Assembly: GCA_038046225.1 (NCBI GenBank)
Contig: JBBSWQ010000006.1
Location: 1 to 41,470 of the forward strand
DNA length: 41,470 bases
From: an archaeon
GTDB lineage: Archaea > Iainarchaeota > Iainarchaeia > Iainarchaeales > VGJJ01
Reading direction: 5' to 3'
A program made the translations under genes and the position numbers. Positions 15,858 to 25,321 of the stretch are shown one piece after another. The notes below the pieces were generated by a model, which saw nothing but the letters and a program-made list of their open reading frames with translations, did no database searches and had not been told where the DNA came from. The number at the start of each line of letters is the position of its first letter. The first letter of the stretch is position 1.

Positions 15858-17263
15858 TATTCGTCTCGGTTGGTACACACCCTCAGACGTTCAATCGTCT
15901 CCTCGATGGGATGGCTCGACTGGTTGACCAGGGCATCATTCGTGAGGAGGTTGTCATTCAATCTGGCACCACTCCCTTCACTCATCCCAAGATGAAAGTG
16001 ACTTCCTTCATGAGTATCGAGACATTTGAAAAGACACTCGCTGGGTGCACCCTTTTTGTCACTCATGCGGGGGAGGGGAACATCGGGACCGCGTTGCAGA
16101 TGGGGAAGCCCTTTATCATCATGCCTCGCCTCCAATCGAAAGGAGAGCATACTGACGATCATCAATTGGAACTCGCCACAGCCGTTGGAAAACGAGGAGA
16201 CGCCGTAGTGACCGATTCCCTCGATGGGTGGAAAACGCTGGCGAATGAAGCCGTCGAACGAGCTGTAAAACGAAAACGAGAGGAAACGGGACCCATGCTT
16301 CGCATCTTAGAAAGCGAGGCTCGGGCTCATGGGGTCGTATTTGCCCCTATCAAGACACGAAAATCCTCCCCTCCACGGAGCGCGAGTATCATTGTTGCTA
16401 CTCTTAATGGAGGGGAACCCCTCGTGCGGGCCGTGACCGGGATGCTCGCACAGAAATTTGATGGGGATTATGATATTGTTGTGGTGGATGATGGAAGTTT
16501 CGATGGGAAAACTCCTGAATTATTGAAAAAGTATTTTGGAAAAACTCCCCAGGTCAAACTTGTTTTCCTCCCGCGTTCGGGCGTATGCATGGCGAGAAAT
16601 GCAGGAATGCGGGAAGCCCGCGGGGAGGTAATCATCAATATGGACCATGACTGCATTCCCCAAGAGAGATGGTTGCAAACGATGGTCAATGGGTTTGACT
16701 CCCCAAATGTGGGAGCCGTGAGCGCGTACGGACATTATGGGGGAACCAGCACCGGATTTCGGAAGGCCGTGTTGGATCACTTGCAGGGGTATGACGAGGA
16801 TTTCTTTTATTACCGTGAGGACACCGATCTTTCCTTTCGGATTATGGAATTGGGATACGAATACAAACGGGTCCCCACCGCATCGAAAATGTATACGGAA
16901 GACCGCACCCTGGTGTCGCCGAAAGGGGTAGCGGCGGTCCTGAATTATACCCATCAACGCCTCCGCTACCACATGAACGATGTGCTCCTGCACAAGAAAC
17001 ACTCCACCCGGTTGTGCAATGGATTTCTTCATGTCCGATGGAAATTCTTCGTGGACCCGGTGGAAGACTTCAAGGTGGCCACTGGATTGTGGGATGGAGA
17101 TCAAAAAGAAATGGAACTATCCTCCCCTCGGGGATTGTCTTTCTTCCGAGGGAGAGGAGTGGGGTCATTTTTTCTGATTGTGTCCGGTGGACTTGGATAT
17201 GTGTTGGCGATCACCTTGGCTCGGATTGCGGGAAGCTTGAAGCATGGACATTTATTGATATAG
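15854..17263 (+). CDS. fusion protein: Alg13-like (Glyco_tran_28_C / PssE-type) catalytic domain + GT2 glycosyltransferase domain + C-terminal TM
   Basis: Start ATG 15854 overlaps the Alg14 stop (ATGA). N-terminal domain: MIFVSVGTHPQTFNRLL...THAGEGNIGTALQMGKPFIIMPR...GEHTDDHQLELA. GT2 domain from about residue 220: SIIVATLNG...IVVVDDGSFDG...INMDHDCIP...YYREDTDLSF. Terminal hydrophobic helix FFLIVSGGLGYVLAITLARI. Confidence 0.8.
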   Translation: MIFVSVGTHPQTFNRLLDGMARLVDQGIIREEVVIQSGTTPFTHPKMKVTSFMSIETFEKTLAGCTLFVTHAGEGNIGTALQMGKPFIIMPRLQSKGEHTDDHQLELATAVGKRGDAVVTDSLDGWKTLANEAVERAVKRKREETGPMLRILESEARAHGVVFAPIKTRKSSPPRSASIIVATLNGGEPLVRAVTGMLAQKFDGDYDIVVVDDGSFDGKTPELLKKYFGKTPQVKLVFLPRSGVCMARNAGMREARGEVIINMDHDCIPQERWLQTMVNGFDSPNVGAVSAYGHYGGTSTGFRKAVLDHLQGYDEDFFYYREDTDLSFRIMELGYEYKRVPTASKMYTEDRTLVSPKGVAAVLNYTHQRLRYHMNDVLLHKKHSTRLCNGFLHVRWKFFVDPVEDFKVATGLWDGDQKEMELSSPRGLSFFRGRGVGSFFLIVSGGLGYVLAITLARIAGSLKHGHLLI

Positions 17264-17272
17264 CGATGGGTG

Positions 17273-18253
17273 ATGGATATGCTGAAAGCGGATAAACGAA
17301 AAGTCCTCATTACGGGGATTAACGGATTTATCGGATCGCACCTTGCACGCACATTATTGGACAAGGGGTTCGAAATCCATGGGATTTCCCGAAGTCCCAG
17401 ACAAACCCCCTATCTGAAGGGCATTCCCGAATTGGAGCGTATCCATCTCCATGCTGGAGATATCCTTGATGTAGGATTCCTATCCGAACTGTTCGCCCTG
17501 CACGAATTCGAAGGCGTATTTCACCTCGCTTCTCAATCGGACACGTGGAAATCCACCCAAAACCCCACCGAGACGTGGGATGTGAACGTGAATGGGACGC
17601 TCAACCTTATGGAAACACTTCGAGAACGAAAAACCGATACACGGGTATTGGTCATGAGTTCTGTGCGCGTGTTTCATTCCTCATCCTCCACGCATGGGGA
17701 TCCAGAACTCATCCAATTGCATCCTTATGACGCCAGCAAGTGGTCCGCTGAAATGCTTTCCGCGAGCTATTTTCACACGTATGGGATGAATGGGGTCATC
17801 GCACGGTGCACCAACGTGTATGGGCCCAATGACTATAATTTCTCTCGACTCATACCGCGAATAATGAAAGGCATGTTCGTGGATCACAAAATACGACTCA
17901 TGGGAGATGGACAACTTAAGCGGGATTTCATGCACGTTTCAGATACGGTGTGTGGACTCATTGCCATGTATGAACAAATCCCCTCCCCTCGTGTCAAAGG
18001 AAAATCCCTCACCCTTGCGACAGGTAAATCCTACTCTATCCGGGAGATGGTGAATTTCCTTCAGGATGAATCGGGAACGAAAATTCTCGTGGAATGGGAG
18101 GAGACCACCTCTATGCACGATCGTGATCAGCAAGGCATTGATATACAGGAGACTCGGAATGTGTTGAATTGGGAAGCAAAAATGGGCATCCGTGAAGGGT
18201 TACGGGATACGATGAAGTGGTATCAGGAATATTTTCGGGAGGCGAAATCATGA
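17273..18253 (+). CDS. NAD-dependent nucleotide-sugar epimerase/dehydratase (extended SDR)
   Basis: VLITGINGFIGSHLARTLL (GxxGxxG) and the catalytic YDASKWSAE (YxxxK). The specific reaction cannot be assigned. Confidence 0.85.
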   Translation: MDMLKADKRKVLITGINGFIGSHLARTLLDKGFEIHGISRSPRQTPYLKGIPELERIHLHAGDILDVGFLSELFALHEFEGVFHLASQSDTWKSTQNPTETWDVNVNGTLNLMETLRERKTDTRVLVMSSVRVFHSSSSTHGDPELIQLHPYDASKWSAEMLSASYFHTYGMNGVIARCTNVYGPNDYNFSRLIPRIMKGMFVDHKIRLMGDGQLKRDFMHVSDTVCGLIAMYEQIPSPRVKGKSLTLATGKSYSIREMVNFLQDESGTKILVEWEETTSMHDRDQQGIDIQETRNVLNWEAKMGIREGLRDTMKWYQEYFREAKS

Positions 18254-18993
18254 AAGGAATCATACTGGCCGGCGGAAACGGAACGCGTCTCCGGCCATTA
18301 ACGAGCGTCACAAACAAGCACCTACTCCCGGTCTATGATAAACCGATGATATTTTATCCCCTGCAAACTCTCAAGGATGCTGGAATAAGGGAAATCCTCA
18401 TTATCACGGGGACCGAACACGCGGGAAATATCTTCAAGCTCATGGGTAGTGGGAAAGAATTTGGAACGAAATTCACTTACAAGGTCCAGGACGAGGCGGG
18501 GGGGCTGCCTCATGCCATCGCCCTGGCCGAGGATTTCGTGGGGGAGGATAGATTTATCTCCATCAATGGGGACAATATCCTTTCTGAATCCATCCGTCCA
18601 TTCGTCGAGGGATTTGGACAGGGAAATGAACAATCACGGATTCTCCTCTATCAAACGACGATTGAAGAAGCCCGGAAGGCCGGAGTTGCCCAGATGGAAG
18701 GAGATCAGATAGTCGGATTCGTCGAAAAACCATCGGACCCTCCAACTACTCTCATTAGCATCGGTGTTTATATGTACACCAAGGACGTGTTCGATGTTAT
18801 TCGGACCCTTCATCCCTCCCGCCGGGGAGAATTGGAGATTACGGATATTCACAATATCTACCTGAAACGCCGTGCCCTGACCACCCGTACGATCGGCGGG
18901 GAATGGCTGGATGCGGGGACCGTTGATGAACTATCACGTGCCAATCGAATCGTGCGAGGATGGAAAGGCGTTCATAGTGGGAATGGGAAATAG
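18250..18993 (+). CDS. sugar-1-phosphate nucleotidyltransferase, RmlA-like (glucose-1-P thymidylyl/uridylyltransferase)
   Basis: MKGIILAGGNGTRLRPLTSVTNKHLLPVYDKPMIFYPLQTLKDAGIREILIITG. The start overlaps the upstream stop (ATGA at 18250-18253). Confidence 0.88.
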   Translation: MKGIILAGGNGTRLRPLTSVTNKHLLPVYDKPMIFYPLQTLKDAGIREILIITGTEHAGNIFKLMGSGKEFGTKFTYKVQDEAGGLPHAIALAEDFVGEDRFISINGDNILSESIRPFVEGFGQGNEQSRILLYQTTIEEARKAGVAQMEGDQIVGFVEKPSDPPTTLISIGVYMYTKDVFDVIRTLHPSRRGELEITDIHNIYLKRRALTTRTIGGEWLDAGTVDELSRANRIVRGWKGVHSGNGK

Positions 18994-18994
18994 C

Positions 18995-19585
18995 ATGGTT
19001 ACCCGTGTCCAATCGTTATTGGCATCCATCCAGGGGAAAGTGTTGGATATTGGTGGGAGCGCAGGAACACTGCATGAGGAATTGGTGCGCTTGATTCCTC
19101 CCAATGGGATTGTTTCACTGGATATCGAGATTATCCGTGTGCGGACCAATCAAGTCATTGGCGACGGACAAACGATGCCCTTCAAGGACCAATCATTCCA
19201 AAGCATACTGGCAGGGGAAGTCCTGGAACATGTCGAAAACCCCTCCGCGTTCATCCGGGAATGCTGGAGGGTGTTGAAATGGAATGGTGTGCTGTCACTG
19301 TCAACCCCCAACAAGAAATCCTGGCTCAATCGCATCACCCACTCGTATGAGATGCCCCTGCACCTCTCTCTTTTTGAACCCGGATCCATACGTAAATTGT
19401 TGGAAAACGAGGGCTTTTCTATCCAAAAAATGGAATTCTTCCCGTATACCGAAGAGAGTTCAGATGGGGCAAGGAACAAGTGGTTCTTTCCGGTGCGATC
19501 AATCATCCACCGGATTGTTCCCGATTCACTGCGGGAAGAAATGGTTGTCATCGCCCGAAAGGTCCCTCATAAAGCCGGTAATTAA
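18995..19585 (+). CDS. class I SAM-dependent methyltransferase
   Basis: VLDIGGSAGTL, FQSILAGEVLEHVENP and LKWNGVLSLSTPN. I start at ATG 18995, 2 nt after the upstream stop. The track ORF starts at 18911. Confidence 0.78.
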   Translation: MVTRVQSLLASIQGKVLDIGGSAGTLHEELVRLIPPNGIVSLDIEIIRVRTNQVIGDGQTMPFKDQSFQSILAGEVLEHVENPSAFIRECWRVLKWNGVLSLSTPNKKSWLNRITHSYEMPLHLSLFEPGSIRKLLENEGFSIQKMEFFPYTEESSDGARNKWFFPVRSIIHRIVPDSLREEMVVIARKVPHKAGN

Positions 19586-20124
19586 TTTTTTTGAGGATCC
19601 TGATGAATCGTCGAAATCCGCGAATCAGCCTTATCGAATAGAATGATGGCGATGGGCTCTAAACCCGGGAAATTCAATTCAAAGCCCTTTATCCACCCAT
19701 TCAAATGAAATGTCCGTTTCAGCGTCTCTTGCGTGTATGGCCGCAAATGGTCGGGCTGATCCCAAAATCTCTTTCCAGGAAGCGGTGCCACTATGCATAC
19801 ATATTTTTTGGATATGCGCATCAATTCATGCGCGAACGTTTCAGGGTCGTGCAAGTGTTCGATGAGATGGGCGGAATAGACCAAATCATAACTATTGCTA
19901 GGAATCCTATTTTTCAGTATATCCATTTTATGAATATCTTTGCGTGTAGGGTGCAGGTCGATTGCAGTTATTTTTTTTCCGATTTCAGTAAAATAATCAA
20001 TCATTTTTCCATTTCCCGCTCCGACATCCAATACCGAGTCAATAGGCAGATGACGAAATAAGGGATCATAAAAAAAACGATGAATCAACATCTGACGAAT
20101 GGACATACTTTTCATGAGGTGCAT
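19582..20124 (-). CDS. class I SAM-dependent methyltransferase
   Basis: VLDVGAGNGKMIDYF, YDLVYSAHLIEHLHDP and KKYVCIVAPLP. The 3' end overlaps the convergent MTase by 4 nt. TATA spacing favours a start at ATG 20106 (MSIRQ). Confidence 0.75.
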   Translation of the reverse strand: MHLMKSMSIRQMLIHRFFYDPLFRHLPIDSVLDVGAGNGKMIDYFTEIGKKITAIDLHPTRKDIHKMDILKNRIPSNSYDLVYSAHLIEHLHDPETFAHELMRISKKYVCIVAPLPGKRFWDQPDHLRPYTQETLKRTFHLNGWIKGFELNFPGLEPIAIILFDKADSRISTIHQDPQKN

Positions 20125-20207
20125 TGGAATTTTAATAGCAATATCCTCAACCTTTTTTCATTTCTCGGCCATTTGAATCAGTGCCGAATAGACCCCTTGA
20201 TAGAACA

Positions 20208-21806
20208 ATGCTCGAAGAGGGGGCTTTTTTTTATAAAGGGAAGGATGCTGAGTATCTGTTCCAAGTGATTCAAATGGGGATCAACGTTCTTCTACTCAAT
20301 CCACCCTATTTTGCCCAGTTCTCCAAGAACTCGCGGTCTCCCGCTGTCAGTAAGGGCGGGTGCGTCTACTACCCCATTTGGTTAGGATATGCTGCGGGAT
20401 CGCTGGAAATCAACGGTCATCACGTCAAACTCATCGACGCTACGGCACCTAAAGAATTGATTTCCGTGGAAAAGGTCACGGAAATGGTCAGGGAATTCGA
20501 CCCTAAATTCATCATCATGCATACCGTAACTTCATCCGTTGTCAATGACAGCAAGGTCGCCATTCACCTGAGGAAAGAATTCCCGAATAGTATCATCGCG
20601 ATGGTCGGACCCCACGTTTCGGCCGTCTCGGAAAATACTCTCACGATCGCCCCGGAAGTCGATTTGATCATGCGGAAAGAATATGATTTGACCGCGGTGG
20701 AAATGGCCAACCGAATCGAAAAAGGACATTCGTTTGAGGAAATCCAAGGGATTACTTTTCGGAACAAGGACAATGAGATCATCAAGAACCCGGATGCTCC
20801 GGATGTCCCTGCGGACTATTTGGACAAACTTCCCTTCGTCACGCAGGTGTGGGCGAAGCACCTGGAGATTAAGGATTATTTCTATCCCTCCGTGCTCTGG
20901 CCGGAAGTCACCATCATCACCGGGAGAGGTTGTCCCTTCCGCTGCACGTTCTGCGATTGGCCCCAAACGTTTACTGGACACAATTTTCGTTCGCGTAGCG
21001 TGAAGAATATCGTCGACGAGTTTGAATGGATTACAAACAATCTCCCTCACGTCAATGACATCATGATTGAGGACGACACGTTCACGGTCGACCGTGCACG
21101 GGTGAAAGAGATTTGTCAAGAGGTCATCGACCGCAAGTTGAAAATCACATGGACCGTGAACTCGCGTGCGGATGTGGATCTGGAAACCCTCAAGATTATG
21201 AAAAAAGCCGGATGCCGATTGGTGTGTGTCGGGGTCGAGAGTGCATCGCAGGAAATCCTCAACAATATCAAGAAGGGGACATCCACGCAGAAGATCGAGC
21301 AATTCTTCAAGGATACGAAAGAAGCGAATGTGCTCGTGCATGCGTGCTTCATGATGGGCAATCGGGGAGAGACGAAGGAATCCATCCAGCAGACCGTGGA
21401 ATTCGCTAAGAAACTCAATCCCGATACGGTGCAATTCTTTCCCATTATGGTGTACCCGGGGACCGAGGCCTACGAATGGGCCAAGACCAATAATTTTCTC
21501 ACTATCAAAGCGGAGAATTGGGAGAATTGGCTATTGGAAGACGGCACGCACAATACAATTGTGAGCACGGATAAGCTTACTGCGGCGGAATTGGTTGATG
21601 CGTGTGACGATGCACGACGGAACTTCTACATGCGACCGGAGTTCATCGCCGCCAAGATATGGGAAGGGATCACCACCCCTTCCGAATTCCCCCGACTTGT
21701 GAAGAGCGGAAGGACTTTTTTCAAATATCTCTTCAATACCCACGAAAAATCCTCTCTTGGGGAGACCAACCAGCGGACCTCACTGCCAGTCATCCAAGGA
21801 CCATAG
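20208..21806 (+). CDS. B12-binding (class B) radical SAM enzyme, paralog 1
   Basis: N-terminal Rossmann-like domain (INVLLLNPPYF...FIIMHTVTSS...IIAMVGPHVSA), then the cluster motif GRGCPFRCTFC and MKKAGCRLVCVGVES. Start uncertain: GTG 20181, ATG 20208 or ATG 20274. Confidence 0.85.
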   Translation: MLEEGAFFYKGKDAEYLFQVIQMGINVLLLNPPYFAQFSKNSRSPAVSKGGCVYYPIWLGYAAGSLEINGHHVKLIDATAPKELISVEKVTEMVREFDPKFIIMHTVTSSVVNDSKVAIHLRKEFPNSIIAMVGPHVSAVSENTLTIAPEVDLIMRKEYDLTAVEMANRIEKGHSFEEIQGITFRNKDNEIIKNPDAPDVPADYLDKLPFVTQVWAKHLEIKDYFYPSVLWPEVTIITGRGCPFRCTFCDWPQTFTGHNFRSRSVKNIVDEFEWITNNLPHVNDIMIEDDTFTVDRARVKEICQEVIDRKLKITWTVNSRADVDLETLKIMKKAGCRLVCVGVESASQEILNNIKKGTSTQKIEQFFKDTKEANVLVHACFMMGNRGETKESIQQTVEFAKKLNPDTVQFFPIMVYPGTEAYEWAKTNNFLTIKAENWENWLLEDGTHNTIVSTDKLTAAELVDACDDARRNFYMRPEFIAAKIWEGITTPSEFPRLVKSGRTFFKYLFNTHEKSSLGETNQRTSLPVIQGP

Positions 21807-21822
21807 AACTCATTTCTCCCTA

Positions 21823-22884
21823 ATGACTACGCGGACGCGTGAAATTATGCCCCGGAAAACCAAGAAAGAAGGACTGACCGCAAGCATCATCATCCCTGCA
21901 TACAACGCCGAATCCTCCCTCAACGAATGCTTGGATGCCTTGCTCCAACAGACGACCCATCCAGAAGAAATTATCGTGGTGGATGATGGGAGTAGGGATT
22001 CGACCCCCCAAATCGCTAAATCCTATTCCCTCGTAACACTGGTTTCCCAAGAGAACCAAGGACCCGCTCATGCACGGAATGCGGGAGCCCAAAAGGCGTT
22101 GGGAGACATAATCCTATTCATCGATAGCGACTGCATTGCGGAAAAGGAATGGCTGGAGGAGATGCTCAGGCCATTTGATGATGCGAACATTGTAGGGGTA
22201 CAGGGGGCCTATAAGACCCGACAGAAAGCTCTCACCGCCCGGTTCGACCAATTGGATATCGAATACCGATACGAGGGGATGAAACGGAAGAAAAAATTGG
22301 ATTGGATCGGCACTTACAGCGCGGCATATCGGAAAAAGATTTTCATTGACGAAAAGGGTTTCGACGAGACATTCCCGCGAGCCTCGGGAGAAGACAGCGA
22401 GTTCTCCTATCGTCTCGCCGAGAAAGGAATGGCATTAAAATTCGCCCCGAATGCAATCGTATACCATACGCATCCGAGTTCACTTATGCACTATCTGCGC
22501 GTGAAATTCTTCCGCGCCTATTGGAGGACCCGCATGTACGTGAAGCATCCTGGGAAAAGCGTCCAGGACAGCTATACCCCTCACATGCTGAAGATAAACT
22601 TCTTTGTGGGGGGATTGTTCCTGCTGGTTCTGACCTATCTGGCCGTGCGGCTCCTCACCTCCGATCTTTCACGCGCATTGATAGTGAGCGAAATTGTGCA
22701 GCTAATGTATTTTCTAATCGTAATAACTATGGTTATCGTGGTCGCGCTGTATGATTTCCTTCTGTTAGTTGCACGAAAGGACCTTGCCCTGGTACCCTTT
22801 GCGATCGCCCTCACGTTCCTACGTTCCATCGTATTCGTCCTAGGAGCTGGATTTGGATTATTGGATCGGAGGGTATGGAAATGA
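21823..22884 (+). CDS. family 2 glycosyltransferase with C-terminal TM helices
   Basis: SIIIPAYNAESSLNECLDALLQQT, IIVVDDGSRDST, ARNAGAQKA, LFIDSDCIA and GEDSEFSYR, with about 4 hydrophobic helices at the C-terminus. Start ATG 21823. Confidence 0.85.
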   Translation: MTTRTREIMPRKTKKEGLTASIIIPAYNAESSLNECLDALLQQTTHPEEIIVVDDGSRDSTPQIAKSYSLVTLVSQENQGPAHARNAGAQKALGDIILFIDSDCIAEKEWLEEMLRPFDDANIVGVQGAYKTRQKALTARFDQLDIEYRYEGMKRKKKLDWIGTYSAAYRKKIFIDEKGFDETFPRASGEDSEFSYRLAEKGMALKFAPNAIVYHTHPSSLMHYLRVKFFRAYWRTRMYVKHPGKSVQDSYTPHMLKINFFVGGLFLLVLTYLAVRLLTSDLSRALIVSEIVQLMYFLIVITMVIVVALYDFLLLVARKDLALVPFAIALTFLRSIVFVLGAGFGLLDRRVWK

Positions 22885-23999
22885 AAGCCAAACGCCTGAG
22901 CATCCTCCATGTGGGAAATCATACCATTCCATGTATCGGGGGCATCGAAAACGTCATTTGGGAGAGCAGCAAGGAGCAATTAAGGGCGGGGAATGGAGTG
23001 GAAATAGTGGTCTTTAACACCTGCACGAAAGGAACCACGCTCCCCGCGTACGAGGAAAAGGAAGGGGTGAAAATCCACCGAGTTCCACAAAAGGGTTTTT
23101 CGTTCTATCGCGTCCCTCCATTGCCTGAATTTCTTCAATATGCGCAGGGAAAAGACATTGTCCATGTCCATGGCTTCGGAGGATGGTTAGAAGCGGCCTG
23201 CAGGACTAAAAAAAAACATTCAGCCCTCATCGTGTTAAATACGCACGGGGGATTTCGTCACACCACTGAAAGGTCCATTCTCAAGTGGGTATACCAAACC
23301 TTTTTCCTTCCTTCGTTATTGAAAAAAGTGGACGGGATTATCTGCGACAGCCCTTCGGATCAAACCTTTGTGGAGAATTTTTCCTATAAAACCAAAATAA
23401 TTCCAAATGGAATATCCTCAGAGTTTTTTGCCCAGGCTAAAACCAAAAAAGACAAGAATCAATGGCTATTTGTGGGTCGATTGTCGCGGAATAAGCGCGT
23501 CGATCGGTTGCTGGAAACTCTCGCTCACTATCCTTCCTTCCAAAAAATAACCTTACACATTGTGGGAGATAATTGGGAAGGACTACAAAAGGGACTGGAA
23601 CAGCGGGCCAAAGAATTAGGAATCGATTCTCGGGTCCGCTTTCACGGAAAAGTGTCGGATGAGACGCGGATGAAGCTATTCGCGAAATGTGGCATATTTC
23701 TTTCCGCCTCCGAATACGAAGGATTTGGTATTTCAGCTATTGAAGCGACCGCAGCCGGATGCATCCCGGTGCTGAATTGTATCCCTTCTTTTGAACATTT
23801 CGCGTCGCAGACTAAAGGGATTATAATAACCGATTTTTCCAATCCAATCAATGCGGCTAAGGACATCCAAAAGGTCATGGATGCTCGTGCCTCTTCAATT
23901 CAATTCATGAAAAATGAATTAAGGGCGTTTGCGGCGGAATATGATTGGAAAATAATTGTAGGGAACCAGTTGGAGTATTACCGGAGACTATCCCCATGA
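22875..23999 (+). CDS. GT-B glycosyltransferase (GT4 / Glycos_transf_1 family)
   Basis: LSILHVGNHTIPCIGGIENVIWE N-terminal domain and the C-terminal E-x7-E region SASEYEGFGISAIEATAAGCIPV. GGAGGG lies just upstream. Confidence 0.85.
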   Translation: MEMKAKRLSILHVGNHTIPCIGGIENVIWESSKEQLRAGNGVEIVVFNTCTKGTTLPAYEEKEGVKIHRVPQKGFSFYRVPPLPEFLQYAQGKDIVHVHGFGGWLEAACRTKKKHSALIVLNTHGGFRHTTERSILKWVYQTFFLPSLLKKVDGIICDSPSDQTFVENFSYKTKIIPNGISSEFFAQAKTKKDKNQWLFVGRLSRNKRVDRLLETLAHYPSFQKITLHIVGDNWEGLQKGLEQRAKELGIDSRVRFHGKVSDETRMKLFAKCGIFLSASEYEGFGISAIEATAAGCIPVLNCIPSFEHFASQTKGIIITDFSNPINAAKDIQKVMDARASSIQFMKNELRAFAAEYDWKIIVGNQLEYYRRLSP

Positions 24000-25321
24000 C
24001 CCTTTTCACACGCGTTTTTTCCGTTCTTTCATTTGGCACCCTCCAGGTCATTTTTTCCAAGCTCATCAGTTTCATTAACTTTGCCATTTTAGTGCGATTA
24101 CTCACACATGAGGAAATTGGAATCATTGGATTGGCGGGGGGATACATGGCTCTTTTGGGTTTCCTGATGGTATTGCCCGAGAACGTATTCATCCGGGATT
24201 TTAAAAAGATGCAGGGGCGATTAAACGAATACATCTCCTCATTCTTCTTTTTTGGAGTGATGCGCAGTCTGGTATTATTTGTTGTGGCGGGGGGGATGGC
24301 ACTCCATCTTTCCTCCCTCCAGTCGGATCCCCGATTGACCCTCTACTTCCTCTTGTTAGTGGGAACCACTCTTCTCAACAGTCTGGTGGGCCCATTTCGG
24401 GAAGCGTTTTATGGGGCGTATCGCCAGGCCCGAATCACGTTTGTGGATGTCATTTCTAACTTATTGCTATTGACCTTGATTGGATTATTATATTTCCAAC
24501 GCGATGTGATTGTGTATGGATGGCTCCAACTGGGAGTGGCCATGTTAGGGTTGGTATGGTGGATTTGGAATGCCCATCGCCACCTGCATTTTTCTTTTTT
24601 TCCCCCCACCTTTCAATTAGCCATTGACTCTCTGCGCAATTTTTCCATCTGGAATCACCTGGCAGGATCGGTCATTCGATTGGTATATCAGATTGACATT
24701 GTCATCCTGGGTTTTTTCGTAGGATTAGGGGTGGTAGGGGATTATGCAGTAGCACTAACCTTGGCAAACGTATTTTTTGTTTTCCCGCAAATGATCCAAA
24801 AAGTATTATCGCTTAGCCTTTCCTCCGTTGAGGATAAACGTACACTTGAAAATATGCTTGGAATCGCGGTGCGCTACAACACGCTTTTCTCCGTGGCCCA
24901 ATGGGGGGCCTTTTTGATCATGGGACCATGGCTTATTTCGCTTTTGGGACCAGAAAGCCCCGCGCAGATATGGACTTATTCTATTTATTTGGTGTCTGGA
25001 GTGACTTTGTTCAACATTGCCCGGCCTTGGTCCTCTTTAGCAGTGTCTAAAATTCCTCCTAAAGACTTCTTTTTTAAGCTTTTTTTTCTCCCCAGTATGG
25101 TAGCTGTTCCCATCTACTGGTATGCGGCTGCTCAATTAGGGGCATTAGGTGTGGCGAAAGCCAATTTGGTGACATTTTTTATTTTAGGTGGATGGCTGAT
25201 CATATACATGCACATTCATCTCAAGCTCATTCCGCGAATTTTCTATTTTTCACCGCACGAAAAACATTTTTTAGGGAAAATACAACATGTATTTCATTCT
25301 AGGGGGATGGGGAAGCGATGA
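23996..25321 (+). CDS. Wzx/AglR-like oligosaccharide flippase (MOP superfamily, Polysacc_synt-like)
   Basis: 441 aa, about 12 or more hydrophobic helices. The N-terminus FGTLQVIFSKLISFINFAILVRLLTHEEIGIIGL is typical of Wzx-type proteins. ATGA overlaps on both sides. Confidence 0.68.
   Translation: MTLFTRVFSVLSFGTLQVIFSKLISFINFAILVRLLTHEEIGIIGLAGGYMALLGFLMVLPENVFIRDFKKMQGRLNEYISSFFFFGVMRSLVLFVVAGGMALHLSSLQSDPRLTLYFLLLVGTTLLNSLVGPFREAFYGAYRQARITFVDVISNLLLLTLIGLLYFQRDVIVYGWLQLGVAMLGLVWWIWNAHRHLHFSFFPPTFQLAIDSLRNFSIWNHLAGSVIRLVYQIDIVILGFFVGLGVVGDYAVALTLANVFFVFPQMIQKVLSLSLSSVEDKRTLENMLGIAVRYNTLFSVAQWGAFLIMGPWLISLLGPESPAQIWTYSIYLVSGVTLFNIARPWSSLAVSKIPPKDFFFKLFFLPSMVAVPIYWYAAAQLGALGVAKANLVTFFILGGWLIIYMHIHLKLIPRIFYFSPHEKHFLGKIQHVFHSRGMGKR

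Noticed and set aside
20080-20268. 62-aa ORF between the MTase and radical SAM paralog 1, considered as a possible RiPP precursor peptide
   Set aside because: It overlaps the MTase 5' end and the promoter region and has no leader/core-like features. No comparable small ORF exists next to the other three rSAM genes, so the RiPP interpretation was dropped.
20532-21434. 300-aa minus-strand ORF inside radical SAM paralog 1. Similar antisense ORFs occur at 14588-15001, 16520-17104, 35257-35877 and 38222-38698.
   Set aside because: All are antisense or off-frame to genes with clear family motifs, and none has recognisable motifs of its own.
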